A stretch of DNA of 64,000 nt from Macrostomum hystrix (taxonomy: Eukaryota; Animalia; Platyhelminthes): assembly GCA_950097015.1 (NCBI GenBank), contig CATNEN010000005.1, positions 1,798,001-1,862,000 on the forward strand. The letters run 5' to 3'. The notes beneath the pieces were generated by a model. The model had not been told where the DNA came from. It was given only the letters and a program-made list of their open reading frames with translations, and searched no databases. Positions 48,458 through 60,691 of the stretch are shown one piece after another (position 1 is the stretch's first letter; each line of letters begins with the position of its first letter). Both the position numbers and the translations under genes were made by a program.

Positions 48458-51400
48458 TTACCGTTGTCCACGCAGCAATGGCGTGCGTTCGTCGTTAACA
48501 ATGGCCGGATCTTGAAAAATGGCGTCACTAGCACCGCCGCCAAATGAAAAATACAACACGCGCCGCTGCCTCTCACGTCTCTGATCAGCATCGCGATTGA
48601 GACTCGAAGCCAAAGAAGAAACTAATGGAGGCGGTGGCAATGTCACATGTTCGATTCCTCTACGACTCGGATCAAGACCGTAGTGCCGATTGAAGCGGTA
48701 CTGCAGAAGGCAGCAGGCAGCGGTCAGTGCCGGCCACGCCACTAGCGCGACTAGGTCTGGAAGATCCGACCGATTGAGACAGTTTTGCTAACTTTAGAGT
48801 TCACATTTTTGAGCAAAAAATAAAATCACTAAATTAAGTATCACGCTCTGGGAACCAAAGCGAAATCTGTCCTGGGAATCTGTCCTAGGAATCGGAGTAG
48901 GGAATCTTAGGGAATCTGTCCTAGGAATCGGAGTAGGGAATCTTCTAGGGAATCTGTCCTAGGAATCGGAGTAGGGAATCTTAGGGAATCTGTCCTGGGA
49001 ATCTGTCCTAGGAATCGGAGTAGGGAATCTTAGGGAATCTGTCCTAGGAATCGGAGTAGGGAATCTTAGGGAATCTGTCCTAGGAATCGGAGTAGGGAAT
49101 CTTCTAGGGAATCTGTCCTAGGAATCGGAGTAGGGAATCTTCTAGGGAATCTGTCCTAGGAATCGGAGTAGGGAATCTTAGGGAATCTGTCCTAGGAATC
49201 GGAGTAGGGAATCTTAGGGAATCTGTCCTAGGAATCGGAGTAGGGAATCTTCTAGGGAATCTGTCCTAGGAATCGGAGTAGGGAATCTTAGGGAATCTGT
49301 CCTAGGAATCGGAGTAGGGAATCTTAGGGAATCTGTCCTAGGAATCGGAGTAGGGAATCTTCTAGGGAATCTGTCCTAGGAATCGGAGTAGGGAATCTTA
49401 GGGAATCTGTCCTAGGAATCGGAGTAGGGAATCTTAGGGAATCTGTCCTAGGAATCGGAGTAGGGAATCTTCTAGGGAATCTGTCCTAGGAATCGGAGTA
49501 GGGAATCTTAGGGAATCTGTCCTAGGAATCGGAGTAGGGAATCTTAGGGAATCTGTCCTAGGAATCCGAGTAGGGAATCTTAGGGAATCTGTCCTAGGAA
49601 TCGGAGTAGGGAATCTTAGGGAATCTGTCCTAGGAATCGGAGTAGGGAATCTTAGGGAATCTGTCCTAGGAATCGGAGTAGGGAATCTTAGGGAATCTGT
49701 CCTAGGAATCCGAGTAGGGAATCTTAGGGAATCTGTCCTAGGAATCGGAGTAGGGAATCTTAGGGAATCTGTCCTAGGAATCGGAGTGGGGAATCTTAGG
49801 GAATCTGTCCTAGGAATCGGAGTGGGGAATCTGTCCTAGGCATAGAAGTGGGATTTTAGGTAAAGAGCTATCATAAAAAATGAGACGTACTTACCAGCAA
49901 CTCTGCGAAATTCGTAGTACAACAGAGCGCTGTTGTAATTCTCTGTAGCCGTTCTACGAAACAAATCCATAAAAACGTATGGAAAGCTGGTCGGTATTGG
50001 CAAGTTGGCAATAAGCCCGCTTGCTAGCAGGAACGTACCAACAAATGATAGAGAAAAGATTGCGCCCTGCAAGAAACCAATTAAGGGACACATAAGTAGC
50101 ATAATACACTGAAGTAGCTGAGGGAAACACCATGAAGTAGCTGAGGGAAACACCATGAAGTAGCTGAGGGAAACACCATGAAGTAGCTGAGGGAAACACC
50201 ATGAAGTAGCTGAGGGAAACACCATGAAGTAGCTGAGGGAAACACCATGAAGTAGCTGAGGGAAACACCATGAAGTAGCTGAGGGAAACACCATGAAGTA
50301 GCTGAGGGAAACACCATGAAGTAGCTGAGGGAAACACCATGAAGTAGCTGAGGGAAACACCATGAAGCAACTGAGGGAAACACCATGAAGCAACTGAGGG
50401 AAACACCATGAAGCAACTGAGGGAAACACCATGAAGCAACTGAGGGAAACACCATGAAGCAACTGAGGGAAACACCATGAAGCAACTGAGGGAAACACCA
50501 TGAAGTAGCTGAGGGAAACACCATGAAGCAACTGAGGGAAACACCATGAAGCAACTGAGGGAAACACCATGAAGTAGCTGAGGGAAACACCATGAAGCAA
50601 CTGAGGGAAACACCATGAAGCAACTGAGGGAAACACCATGAAGCAACTGAGGGAAACACCATGAAGTAGCTGAGGGAAACACCATGAAGTAGCTGAGGGA
50701 AACACCATGAAGTAGCTGAGGGAAACACCATGAAGCAACTGAGGGAAACACCATGAAGTAGCTGAGGGAAACACCATGAAGCAACTGAGGGAAACACCAT
50801 GAAGCAACTGAGGGAAACACCATGAAGCAACTGAGGGAAACACCATGAAGTAGCTGAGGGAAACACCATGAAGCAACTGAGGGAAACACCATGAAGCAAC
50901 TGAGGGAAACACCATGAAGTAACTGAGGGAAACACCATGAAGTAGCTGAGGGAAACACCATGAAGTAGCTGAGGGAAACACCATGAAGCAACTGAGGGAA
51001 ACACCATGAAGCAACTGAGGGAAACACCATGAAGCAACTGAGGGAAACACCATGAAGCAACTGAGGGAAACACCATGAAGTAGCTGAGGGAAACACCATG
51101 AAGCAACTGAGGGAAACACCATGAAGTAGCTGAGGGAAACACCATGAAGTAACTGAGGGAAACACCATGAAGTAGCTGAGGGAAACACCATGAAGCAACT
51201 GAGGGAAACACCATGAAGTAGCTGAGGGAAACACCATGAAGTAGCTGAGGGAAACACCATGAAGTAGCTGAGGGAAACACCATGAAGTAGCTGAGGGAAA
51301 CACCATGAAGCAACTGAGGGAAACACCATGAAGTAACTGAGGGAAACACCATGAAGTAGCTGAGGGAAACACCATGAAGTAGCTGAGGGAAACACCATGA

Positions 51401-54400
51401 AGCAACTGAGGGAAACACCATGAAGTAGCTGAGGGAAACACCATGAAGTAGCTGAGGGAAACACCATGAAGCAACTGAGGGCAACATTATGAAGCAACTG
51501 AGGGAAACACCATGAAGTAACTGAGGGAAACACCATGAAGCAACTGAGGGAAACACCATGAAGTAACTGAGGGAAACACCATGAAGCAACTGAGGGAAAC
51601 ACCATGAAGTAACTGAGGGAAACACCATGAAGCAACTGAGGGAAACACCATGAAGCAACTGAGGGAAACACCATGAAGCAACTGAGGGAAACACCATGAA
51701 GCAACTGAGGGAAAAACCATGAAGCAACTGAGGGAAACTCCATGAAGCAACTGAGGGAAACACCATGAAGTAACTGAGGGAAACACCATGAAGCAACTGA
51801 GGGAAACACCATGAAGCAACTGAGGGAAACACCATGAAGTAACTGAGGGAAACACCATGAAGCAACTGAGTGAAACACATGAAGCAACTGAGTGAAACAC
51901 CATGAAGCAACTGAGGTAAACACCATGAAGTAGCTGAGGGAAACACCATGAAGTAGCTGAGGGAAACACCATGAAGCAACTGAGGGAAACACCATGAAGT
52001 AGCTGAGGGAAACACCATGAAGTAGCTGAGGGAAACACCATGAAGTAGCTGAGGGAAACACCATGAAGTAGCTGAGGGAAACACCATGAAGCAACTGAGG
52101 GAAACACCATGAAGTAACTGAGGGAAACACCATGAAGTAGCTGAGGGAAACACCATGAAGTAGCTGAGGGAAACACCATGAAGCAACTGAGGGAAACACC
52201 ATGAAGTAGCTGAGGGAAACACCATGAAGTAGCTGAGGGAAACACCATGAAGCAACTGAGGGCAACATTATGAAGCAACTGAGGGAAACACCATGAAGTA
52301 ACTGAGGGAAACACCATGAAGCAACTGAGGGAAACACCATGAAGTAACTGAGGGAAACACCATGAAGCAACTGAGGGAAACACCATGAAGTAACTGAGGG
52401 AAACACCATGAAGCAACTGAGGTAAACACCATGAAGCAACTGAGGGAAACACCATGAAGTAACTGAGGGAAACACCATGAAGCAACTGAGGGAAACACCA
52501 TGAAGCAACTGAGGGAAACACCATGAAGCAACTGAGGGAAACACCATGAAGTAACTGAGGGAAACACCATGAAGCAACTGAGGGAAACTCCATGAAGCAA
52601 CTGAGGGAAACACCATGAAGCAACTGAGGGAAACTCCATGAAGCAACTGAGGGAAACACCATGAAGCAACTGAGGGCAACATTATGAAGCAACTGAGGGA
52701 AACACCATGAAGTAACTGAGGGAAACACCATGAAGCAACTGAGGGAAACACCATGAAGTAACTGAGGGAAACACCATGAAGCAACTGAGGGAAACACCAT
52801 GAAGTAACTGAGGGAAACACCATGAAGCAACTGAGGTAAACACCATGAAGCAACTGAGGGAAACACCATGAAGTAACTGAGGGAAACACCATGAAGCAAC
52901 TGAGGGAAACACCATGAAGCAACTGAGGGAAACACCATGAAGCAACTGAGGGAAACACCATGAAGTAACTGAGGGAAACACCATGAAGCAACTGAGGTAA
53001 ACACCATGAAGCAACTGAGGGAAACACCATGAAGTAACTGAGGGAAACACCATGAAGCAACTGAGGGAAACACCATGAAGCAACTGAGGGAAACACCATG
53101 AAGCAACTGAGGGAAACACCATGAAGTAACTGAGGGAAACACTATGAAGCAACTGAGGGAAACACCATGAAGCAACTGAGGGAAACTCCATGAAGCAACT
53201 GAGGGAAACACCATGAAGCAACTGAGGGAAACTCCATGAAGCAACTGAGTGAAACACATGAAGCAACTGAGTGAAACACCATGAAGCAACTGAGGTAAAC
53301 ACCACAAAGTGTTCAATCGATTCAGGGAAGGATTCAGGGAAGGATTCAGGAAGCACTATACAGCAAATGATAAAATCCCTACCGAGCTTTGAAAGAGCAA
53401 CAGCAGCAGCAGGCAAAGTATCAGGGCGACGCCAAGCGCACCGAGAAACGCGGCCTCGTGTTCAGTTAGCCACCAAAGTCTGCCAAACGGTGTGACAAAC
53501 AATATACAAACCAGAGCATAGCAGCATGGCAGGTGCAGTATTAGGTAGGCCAAAGCGTTGCAACGCTTGCGTAGCCACACAGCCAGTACTAGGCCGCCAA
53601 CTATGCAGCCAGGTGCTAAACAGCCTAATAGTAGGCTGACGAATAGCGGCAGTTGAGTGGCAGTGTGGCGCAGCGCCACTGGTAGAGTAGCCAACGAGCC
53701 AACAACGAAACCGCTTAGGAACACACCTAAATATTTAATCACAGCGAGGTAATCATTATTGTCGATAAAACATAGTCTACAGCATATTCAAAATGAATAA
53801 CTAAATACTTACTGGCGGCAAAGAAACGAAATCCAACGGTACAAAGAAATAATCCGATACAGACGGCCAGAATTGTTACAATGCGACACTCGACACCTGT
53901 TTAAAGTTATTTAGATAAAATACTTTTAAATACGTTAAACTAAGTTTTAGCCTTTCATGGAGGCTGTGGTCTAATGCTTCGAGCTTTGAAATATTAATCC
54001 AGTTATCTCGAGTTCAAATTATTGCGCAGAGCACACATAATTTCATACAGTTCTCAAAGTCGTACGAGTGTATTACAAAGCCAAAGTTCAATATGATACT
54101 GTTAAGACCAATCAAAACATATAAAAACACATTCAAATGCTTTTTGTTTTCGCGTGGTCCCAAAGTTTTGTTGAGCCTATGTTTCGAGTTCGTGAATTTT
54201 TCTTTATTTTTTTCTGCTGGTTGCTGGCTGCTGCTTGAGTAAAATCTTTTTTCCTTTGTGTTTTTTCTCAAAGAATATTTTTGCCCAAAACTGCTCTTCT
54301 TCTGTTGCCACATGAACTAAAATAAAAGGTTTTTGCGTTGTGTTGCTTTTTTCTGCTGATTTCTGCTGCGCTTTGCTTTTTCTGAAATAATTCCTTTAAT

Positions 54401-57400
54401 TACGAAGTAGAAGGCGTCGAAATTGTGAAGGGATCGCCTTGCTCTATCAGCATTACTCGGTAGTAGCACTAGTAGGAAGTTAGGAATTTAACTGAAATGA
54501 TATTTTAAAAGTCAGTAAAAACTGTAGCAAATCTGACGCGTCACAGGGAAGTAGCTGATTGAAAAGAATGGTAGCTAATCTGACGCGTCACAAGGTAGTA
54601 GCTGATTGAAAAGAATGGTAGCAAATCTGACGCGTCACAGGGAAGTAGCTGATTGAAAAGAATGGTAGCAAATCTGACGCGTCACAAGGTAGTAGCTGAT
54701 TGAAAAGGATGGTAGCAAATCTGACGCGTCACAAGGTAGTAGCTGATTGAAAAGAATGGTAGCAAATCTGACGCGTCACAAGGTAGTAGCTGATTGAAAA
54801 GAATGGTAGCAAATCTGACGCGTCACAAGGTAGTAGCTGATTGAAAAGAATGGTAGAAAATCTGACGCGTCACAAGGTAGTAGCTGATTGAGAAGGACGG
54901 TAGAAAATCTGACGCGTCACAAGGTAGTAGCTGATTGAAAAGAATGGTAGAAAATCTGACGCGTCACAAGGTAGTAGCTGATTGAGAAGGACGGTAGAAA
55001 ATCTGACGCGTCACAAGGTAGTAGCTGATTGAAAAGAATGGTAGCAAATCTGACGCGTCACAAGGTAGTAGCTGATTGAAAAGAATGGTAGCAAATCTGA
55101 CGCGTCACAAGGTAGTAGCTGATTGAAAAGAATGGTAGCAAATCTGACGCGTCACAAGGTAGTAGCTGATTGAAAAGAATGGTAGCAAATCTGACGCGTC
55201 ACAGGGAAGTAGCTGATTGAAAAGAATGGTAGCTAATCTGACGCGTCACAAGGTAGTAGCTGATTGAAAAGAATGGTAGCAAATCTGACGCGTCACAAGG
55301 TAGTAGCTGATTGAGAAGGACGGTAGAAAATCTGACGCGTCACAGGGAAGTAGCTGATTGAAAAGAATGGTAGCAAATCTGACGCGTCACAAGGTAGTAG
55401 CTGATTGAAAAGGATGGTAGCAAATCTGACGCGTCACAAGGTAGTAGCTGATTGAAAAGAATGGTAGCAAATCTGACGCGTCACAAGGTAGTAGCTGATT
55501 GAAAAGAATGGTAGCAAATCTGACGCGTCACAAGGTAGTAGCTGATTGAAAAGAATGGTAGAAAATCTGACGCGTCACAAGGTAGTAGCTGATTGAGAAG
55601 GACGGTAGAAAATCTGACGCGTCACAAGGTAGTAGCTGATTGAAAAGAATGGTAGAAAATCTGACGCGTCACAAGGTAGTAGCTGATTGAGAAGGACGGT
55701 AGAAAATCTGACGCGTCACAAGGTAGTAGCTGATTGAAAAGAATGGTAGCAAATCTGACGCGTCACAAGGTAGTAGCTGATTGAAAAGAATGGTAGCAAA
55801 TCTGACGCGTCACAAGGTAGTAGCTGATTGAAAAGAATGGTAGCAAATCTGACGCGTCACAGGGAAGTAGCTGATTGAAAAGAATGGTAGCAAATCTGAC
55901 GCGTCACAAGGTAGTAGCTGATTGAAAAGAATGGTAGCAAATCTGACGCGTCACAAGGTAGTAGCTGATTGAAAAGAATGGTAGCAAATCTGACGCGTCA
56001 CAAGGTAGTAGCTGATTGAAAAGAATGGTAGCTAATCTGACGCGTCACAAGGTAGTAGCTGATTGAAATGGACGGTAGCAAATCTGACGCGTCACAAGGT
56101 AGTAGCTGATTGAGAAGGACGGTAGAAAATCTGACGCGTCACAGGGAAGTAGCTGATTGAAAAGAATGGTAGCAAATCTGACGCGTCACAAGGTAGTAGC
56201 TGATTGAAAAGGATGGTAGCAAATCTGGCGCGTCACAAGGTAGTAGCTGATTGAAAAGAATGGTAGCAAATCTGACGCGTCACAAGTAGTAGCTGATTGA
56301 AAAGAATGGTAGAAAATCTGACGCGTCACAAGGTAGTAGCTGATTGAAAAGAATGGTAGCAAATCTGACGCGTCACAGGGTAGTAGCTGATTGAAAAGAA
56401 TGGTAGCAAATCTGACGCGTCACAAGGTAGTAGCTGATTGAAAAGAATGGTAGCAAATCTGACGCGTCACAAGGTAGTAGCTGATTGAAAAGAATGGTAG
56501 CAAATCTGACGCGTCACAAGGTAGTAGCTGATTGAAAAGAATGGTAGCAAATCTGACGCGTCACAAGGTAGTAGCTGATTGAAAAGAATGGTAGCAAATC
56601 TGACGCGTCACAGGGCAGTAGCTGATTGAAAAGAATGGTAGAAAATCTGACGCGTCACAAGGTAGTAGCTGATTGAAAAGAATGGTAGCAAATCTGACGC
56701 GTCACAAGGTAGTAGCTGATTGAAAAGAATGGTAGAAAATCTGACGCGTCACAAGGTAGTAGCTGATTGAAAAGAATGGTAGCAAATCTGACGCGTCACA
56801 GGGTAGTAGCTGATTGAAAAGAATGGTAGCAAATCTGACGCGTCACAAGTAGTAGCTGATTGAAAAGAATGGTAGAAAATCTGACGCGTCACAAGGTAGT
56901 AGCTGATTGAAAAGAATGGTAGCAAATCTGACGCGTCACAAGGTAGTAGCTGATTGAAAAGAATGGTAGCAAATCTGACGCGTCACAAGGTAGTAGCTGA
57001 TTGAAAAGAATGGTAGAAAATCTGACGCGTCACAAGGTAGTAGCTGATTGAAAAGAATGGTAGCAAATCTGACGCGTCACAGGGAAGTAGCTGATTGAAA
57101 AGGATGGTAGCAAATCTGACGCGTCACAAGGTAGTAGCTAATTGAAAAGAATGGTAGCAAATCTGACGCGTCACAGGGTAGTAGCTGATTGAAAAGAATG
57201 GTAGCAAATCTGACGCGTCACAGGGTAGTAGCTGATTGAAAAGAATGGTAGCAAAACTGACGCGTCACAGGGTAGTAGCTGATTGAAAATAATGGTAGCA
57301 AATCTGACGCGTCACGAGGTAGCTGATTGAGTTGGCTGCTGGTTGAGAAACATATTTTATCCTTTGTGTTTTTGTCTAAGAATATTTTAGCCCAATATTG

Positions 57401-60400
57401 CTCTTTTTCTATTAACACATGAACTGAACTGAGTCGCGGTTTTACTTTAGCTTTGATGAGCTGTGTCCTTCACTAATCCCCCTGGCCGCCACGTTGTTTT
57501 CTTCATCCTCGCCTTCGTTTGCTTCGCCCTATTCGCCGAGGCCCTCATCATCCTCACCTCCACTGAGGATCTGCCAGTAGAATTATATTTGCCTCATTAG
57601 TGTTGCCCGCCGCAACAATCCTGGACCACCAAGCCCTAATCTTCACAATAGTTCGTTAGGGTTAGGGTTAGGGTTAGGTTAGCTGCGTCACGCTCAAATT
57701 TGTTTCATTCTCATAGGACACACTGCGTCATTTCTGGCGTCATTATTTTTTTTCCGCTGCGTCAGATTTTTTACTGTTCGTCATTCACGAACCCTTTAGG
57801 ACAGTTTTAAGGATGAAAGGGGTCAATCGACACCAGCACACAAAAGTCCAAATCGGACCTTCTTAATATTCCCTGGAGGAGACCAAGTTAACTCCAGATC
57901 ACCAGTGGCTTTTCATGTCCCGAAATTCGAGATCTAGAGTTTAGGGTCCACTGAATTTCCCTGTAAGACAACAAAACCCACAAAGTCTTAAAAGACGATA
58001 TTATTGCAACTTAAGACACAAAACTATACAATAATACTATAAACTCGTAAACGCCCTAAGAGAGTTTCGGGAAAACAAAAGCGACAGCAATGCCTGGTAT
58101 CAACTTACTAAGACAAAAGCAGGTTGACGAATTTTTCAGCTCATCGCCATCCTGCAGCAGAAGTAACACAGGAGCGTAGGCCGAGAACTGCGATGTATCA
58201 ATCCGCTCTGCTACCACGGTAGCAATCAAATTAAGATTATCTCGAACTCCAACGGTAAAACGGCAACAATCGGAGTCTCTAACCCTGTTAGTATTGCTGC
58301 CAAGAAAGCCAATCAAGTGTCCATAAACTACTGCCTCCTGAGCAGTCGACATTAGCCGCAGAGCTGCAACCCAATCAGGCAGCCCGGAGCTGCTATTTCT
58401 AGGCGCCTCGCTAACATACAATCGATAGCGCATTTTGTACCGATTTTGATGATCATTCAAATCATTGACACAGATCCGCTGGCTTGGTTTGGCAGCATTC
58501 AAAGCGGCCGCCGGTTCGAAGTCGAGATGCCAGAGTGCGCCAGAAGTGTCATCAGGCCTGGATAGACGAACTGCAGGGCCGATGGCATCGCAACTGGTAA
58601 TTGCTGCTGATGAAGTGCCTGCGGGTGAAGTTGTCCGGTCTGTATCAATTAGAATGATAATAGGTCAACTCCAGTTAACTTATGAAAAAAGCATTGGAAA
58701 TTCAACACAAAACAATAAATAGACGACTCAATTAATTGAAAAAATGTTACCTACCTGAGTTGCTATTTACAATATTTGGCACTAGCAGGGTCCTTGAAGC
58801 AGATCTGTTCGCACAGCAACCGCCTGGCATAGGTTCGCTCCAATCCTTTGCAACAAATAGCAGCCAAGCATTTCTGGAACTGTTTCCACGCAATACATTT
58901 TTAGCTTCTGCTAGCCTAGTGTACCACTGCTGAATGTGGATTGTTGTTGAAATTAGGCCAACATGATGGCCTGAAGACACAGGTGATGATTGATTAAATT
59001 CTGGTTTTGTAGACAACTGTAGCAGTTGATTAGTGTTTGACAAAGAGCTTGGAAGCTGGTGTCCCTGCAGCATTATGAATGCTGTATCACTAGGCACAGC
59101 AGTTGGAGTGTCTATGGCCAAAAGCTTACTGCCAGTACTAAGACTGACCTGTGTTAGTTGATTCCACTCGAATTTGTATTTTTGGTTGCTGTTGGCAATG
59201 ATGGACTTGTGTGTAGCAGCTGTTTTAATGAACAAAATGGAGGACTTTAAATACATAGCACTTAGGCCTACTTAAATAAAATTAATAAATAGGCCCCCTA
59301 CTGCAAAATACTAAGGAGGTGGGCACTAGAAATAAAATATCTTTATAAAGCCAATAGATATATATGAATAACCAGCTAGTCATTTTCACTGGCAGATAAT
59401 TTTCCTTTTAACTGCCACATTCAAAAGATTTCTGATTGGCTAGAAACAGCTAAAATAAAAAATGTGCGTCGCTGGGGCACCCTTTGTAGAACAAGGAGAG
59501 TCTATGTAAAAACTTAATTAAATAATAACAGACTATAATGAATTTAAATTAGGCATGCCAATTTGTTCAACTTTAAAAACCCTAAAGGTAAAGTTTTTTA
59601 CTTTTTTACTTTCCCTAGGGTTCCTTCCCAGAGGACTCTTTTAAGGAGGGATAAGAGGCTAAAATGTAATTGTGACAAACAAAATTTTTTCACTCATTTT
59701 TTCTGTTTTTTTATCTCTTTTTACATAAAATTATATATAAATTATTTGTCTAAACTGAACAACATTTTATTTTTACTAAAGTATTAGTTTATTTTGTTGC
59801 AAATAGTTTTTGCAAATCACAGTTTTGTGTTTTATAACATGTCATTTCATTTTTATGTCATTGATTTTGGTTGTCTGGCTTGTGACCATTATGAGCCAAA
59901 ACATTAAAAGAATTAGAGGCCCAAAACCCAAAATTTTAAAGATTTACAAAGCTTAACTTTAAATAAAAAATAAAAAATAAAAATACTTTCATCTTTTCAT
60001 GTGCTATTTACAATTGAAGAATTGGCTAGGGCCTAACTCAAATTAGGCTAAACATATGGGCCTACAGAAATTTCTTGTGAAACAGCAGAGGTAGGCCCCT
60101 ATAAAGAAATTTATGCTTATAATCAAGAAAATCCCAAACCTTTTCACTTCCTTTTTAACCTTTCTTATCAAGTTTGCAATCTACATTGTGACTTGCAATT
60201 GAAATAGGCATAGGCCTATGTCTACTCTACTTTTAAACTAAGTAATATGCCTAAAAGTATAGGGCCTAAGTCTCTCATCCCATCTAGGCCCTACCAGAAT
60301 TTTTGACAATTTATAGAAAAAGAACAAATAAACAATATTACTTAAAATTTAACATAGTTTTTCTATAATTAATAATTTCTGTCTTCGCCTAACATTGAAA

Positions 60401-60691
60401 TGTGATAATTAATAAGTTATTAGGTTATACAGTAGGGCCTAACAAGGCACCTAGGCATATATAGGCCTATCACTGTAGGCCTATAAGATATCAACAAGGC
60501 GAATATTAGTCTAATACTAAGAGTTAGGCCTAGTTAGTCAGGCATTTTAAACAGCAAAATATGTGCAAAGCACATATATGTCATATATCGTTTGGCCTAC
60601 CTGTTTTTGATGATGGACTGATAAGCAAAGTAATGGCAAAAATTATTAGGCATCTCTCCATCTCAAGGAAACTCAAGCCTTTTGCTTTCAT
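48458..60691 (-). CDS. TM7SF3: Transmembrane 7 superfamily member 3 orthologue (DUF4203), 7 exons, 661 aa
   Basis: complement(join(48458..48756,49895..50066,53383..53726,53813..53896,58109..58639,58755..59219,60601..60691)) = 1986 nt, all GT-AG with consistent phases. Signal peptide MERCLIIFAITLL; motifs EPMPGGC, FEPAA, SAYAP, LCTVGFRF, VGGLVLAVWLR, FVTPFG, TSFPY, AWPAL..LQ, RERQRRV and C-terminal ERTPLL parallel vertebrate TM7SF3 as recalled. Confidence 0.85.
48865..49838. repeat. Minisatellite, 36-38-bp unit, ~26 copies (TM7SF3 intron 6)
   Basis: Unit CTAGGAATCGGAGTAGGGAATCTT(CT)AGGGAATCTGTC. Confidence 0.97.
50110..53305. repeat. Minisatellite, 23-bp unit, ~139 copies (TM7SF3 intron 5)
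   Basis: Unit CATGAAG(TAG/CAA/TAA)CTGAGGGAAACAC. Confidence 0.98.
54520..57328. repeat. Minisatellite, 47-bp unit, ~60 copies (TM7SF3 intron 3)
   Basis: Unit AGCTGATTGAAAAGAATGGTAGCAAATCTGACGCGTCACAAGGTAGT; period confirmed by TGACGCG at 54534 and 54581. Confidence 0.98.
57656..57682 (+). repeat. Short interstitial telomere-like tract (TTAGGG)3 TTAGG TTAG
   Basis: Direct reading; too short to be a telomere. Confidence 0.8.

Noticed and set aside
49836-53416. Very long ORFs (up to 1087 aa) on the minus strand
   Set aside because: They are translations of a 23-bp unit that happens to lack stops in all three frames, and they lie inside TM7SF3 intron 5. Only 49895-50066 is a real exon.
5876-57328. 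CRISPR array
   Set aside because: No array has unique spacers between repeats, there are no cas genes, and the context is eukaryotic.
9293-57328. Enrichment of palindromic restriction-like sites in satellite units
   Set aside because: About 9 of 26 units contain a palindrome of 6 bp or more, which is roughly the chance expectation for units of this length.
57656-57682. Chromosome end or fusion scar
   Set aside because: There are only three perfect TTAGGG units and no inverted CCCTAA array, and the tract lies inside a TM7SF3 intron.
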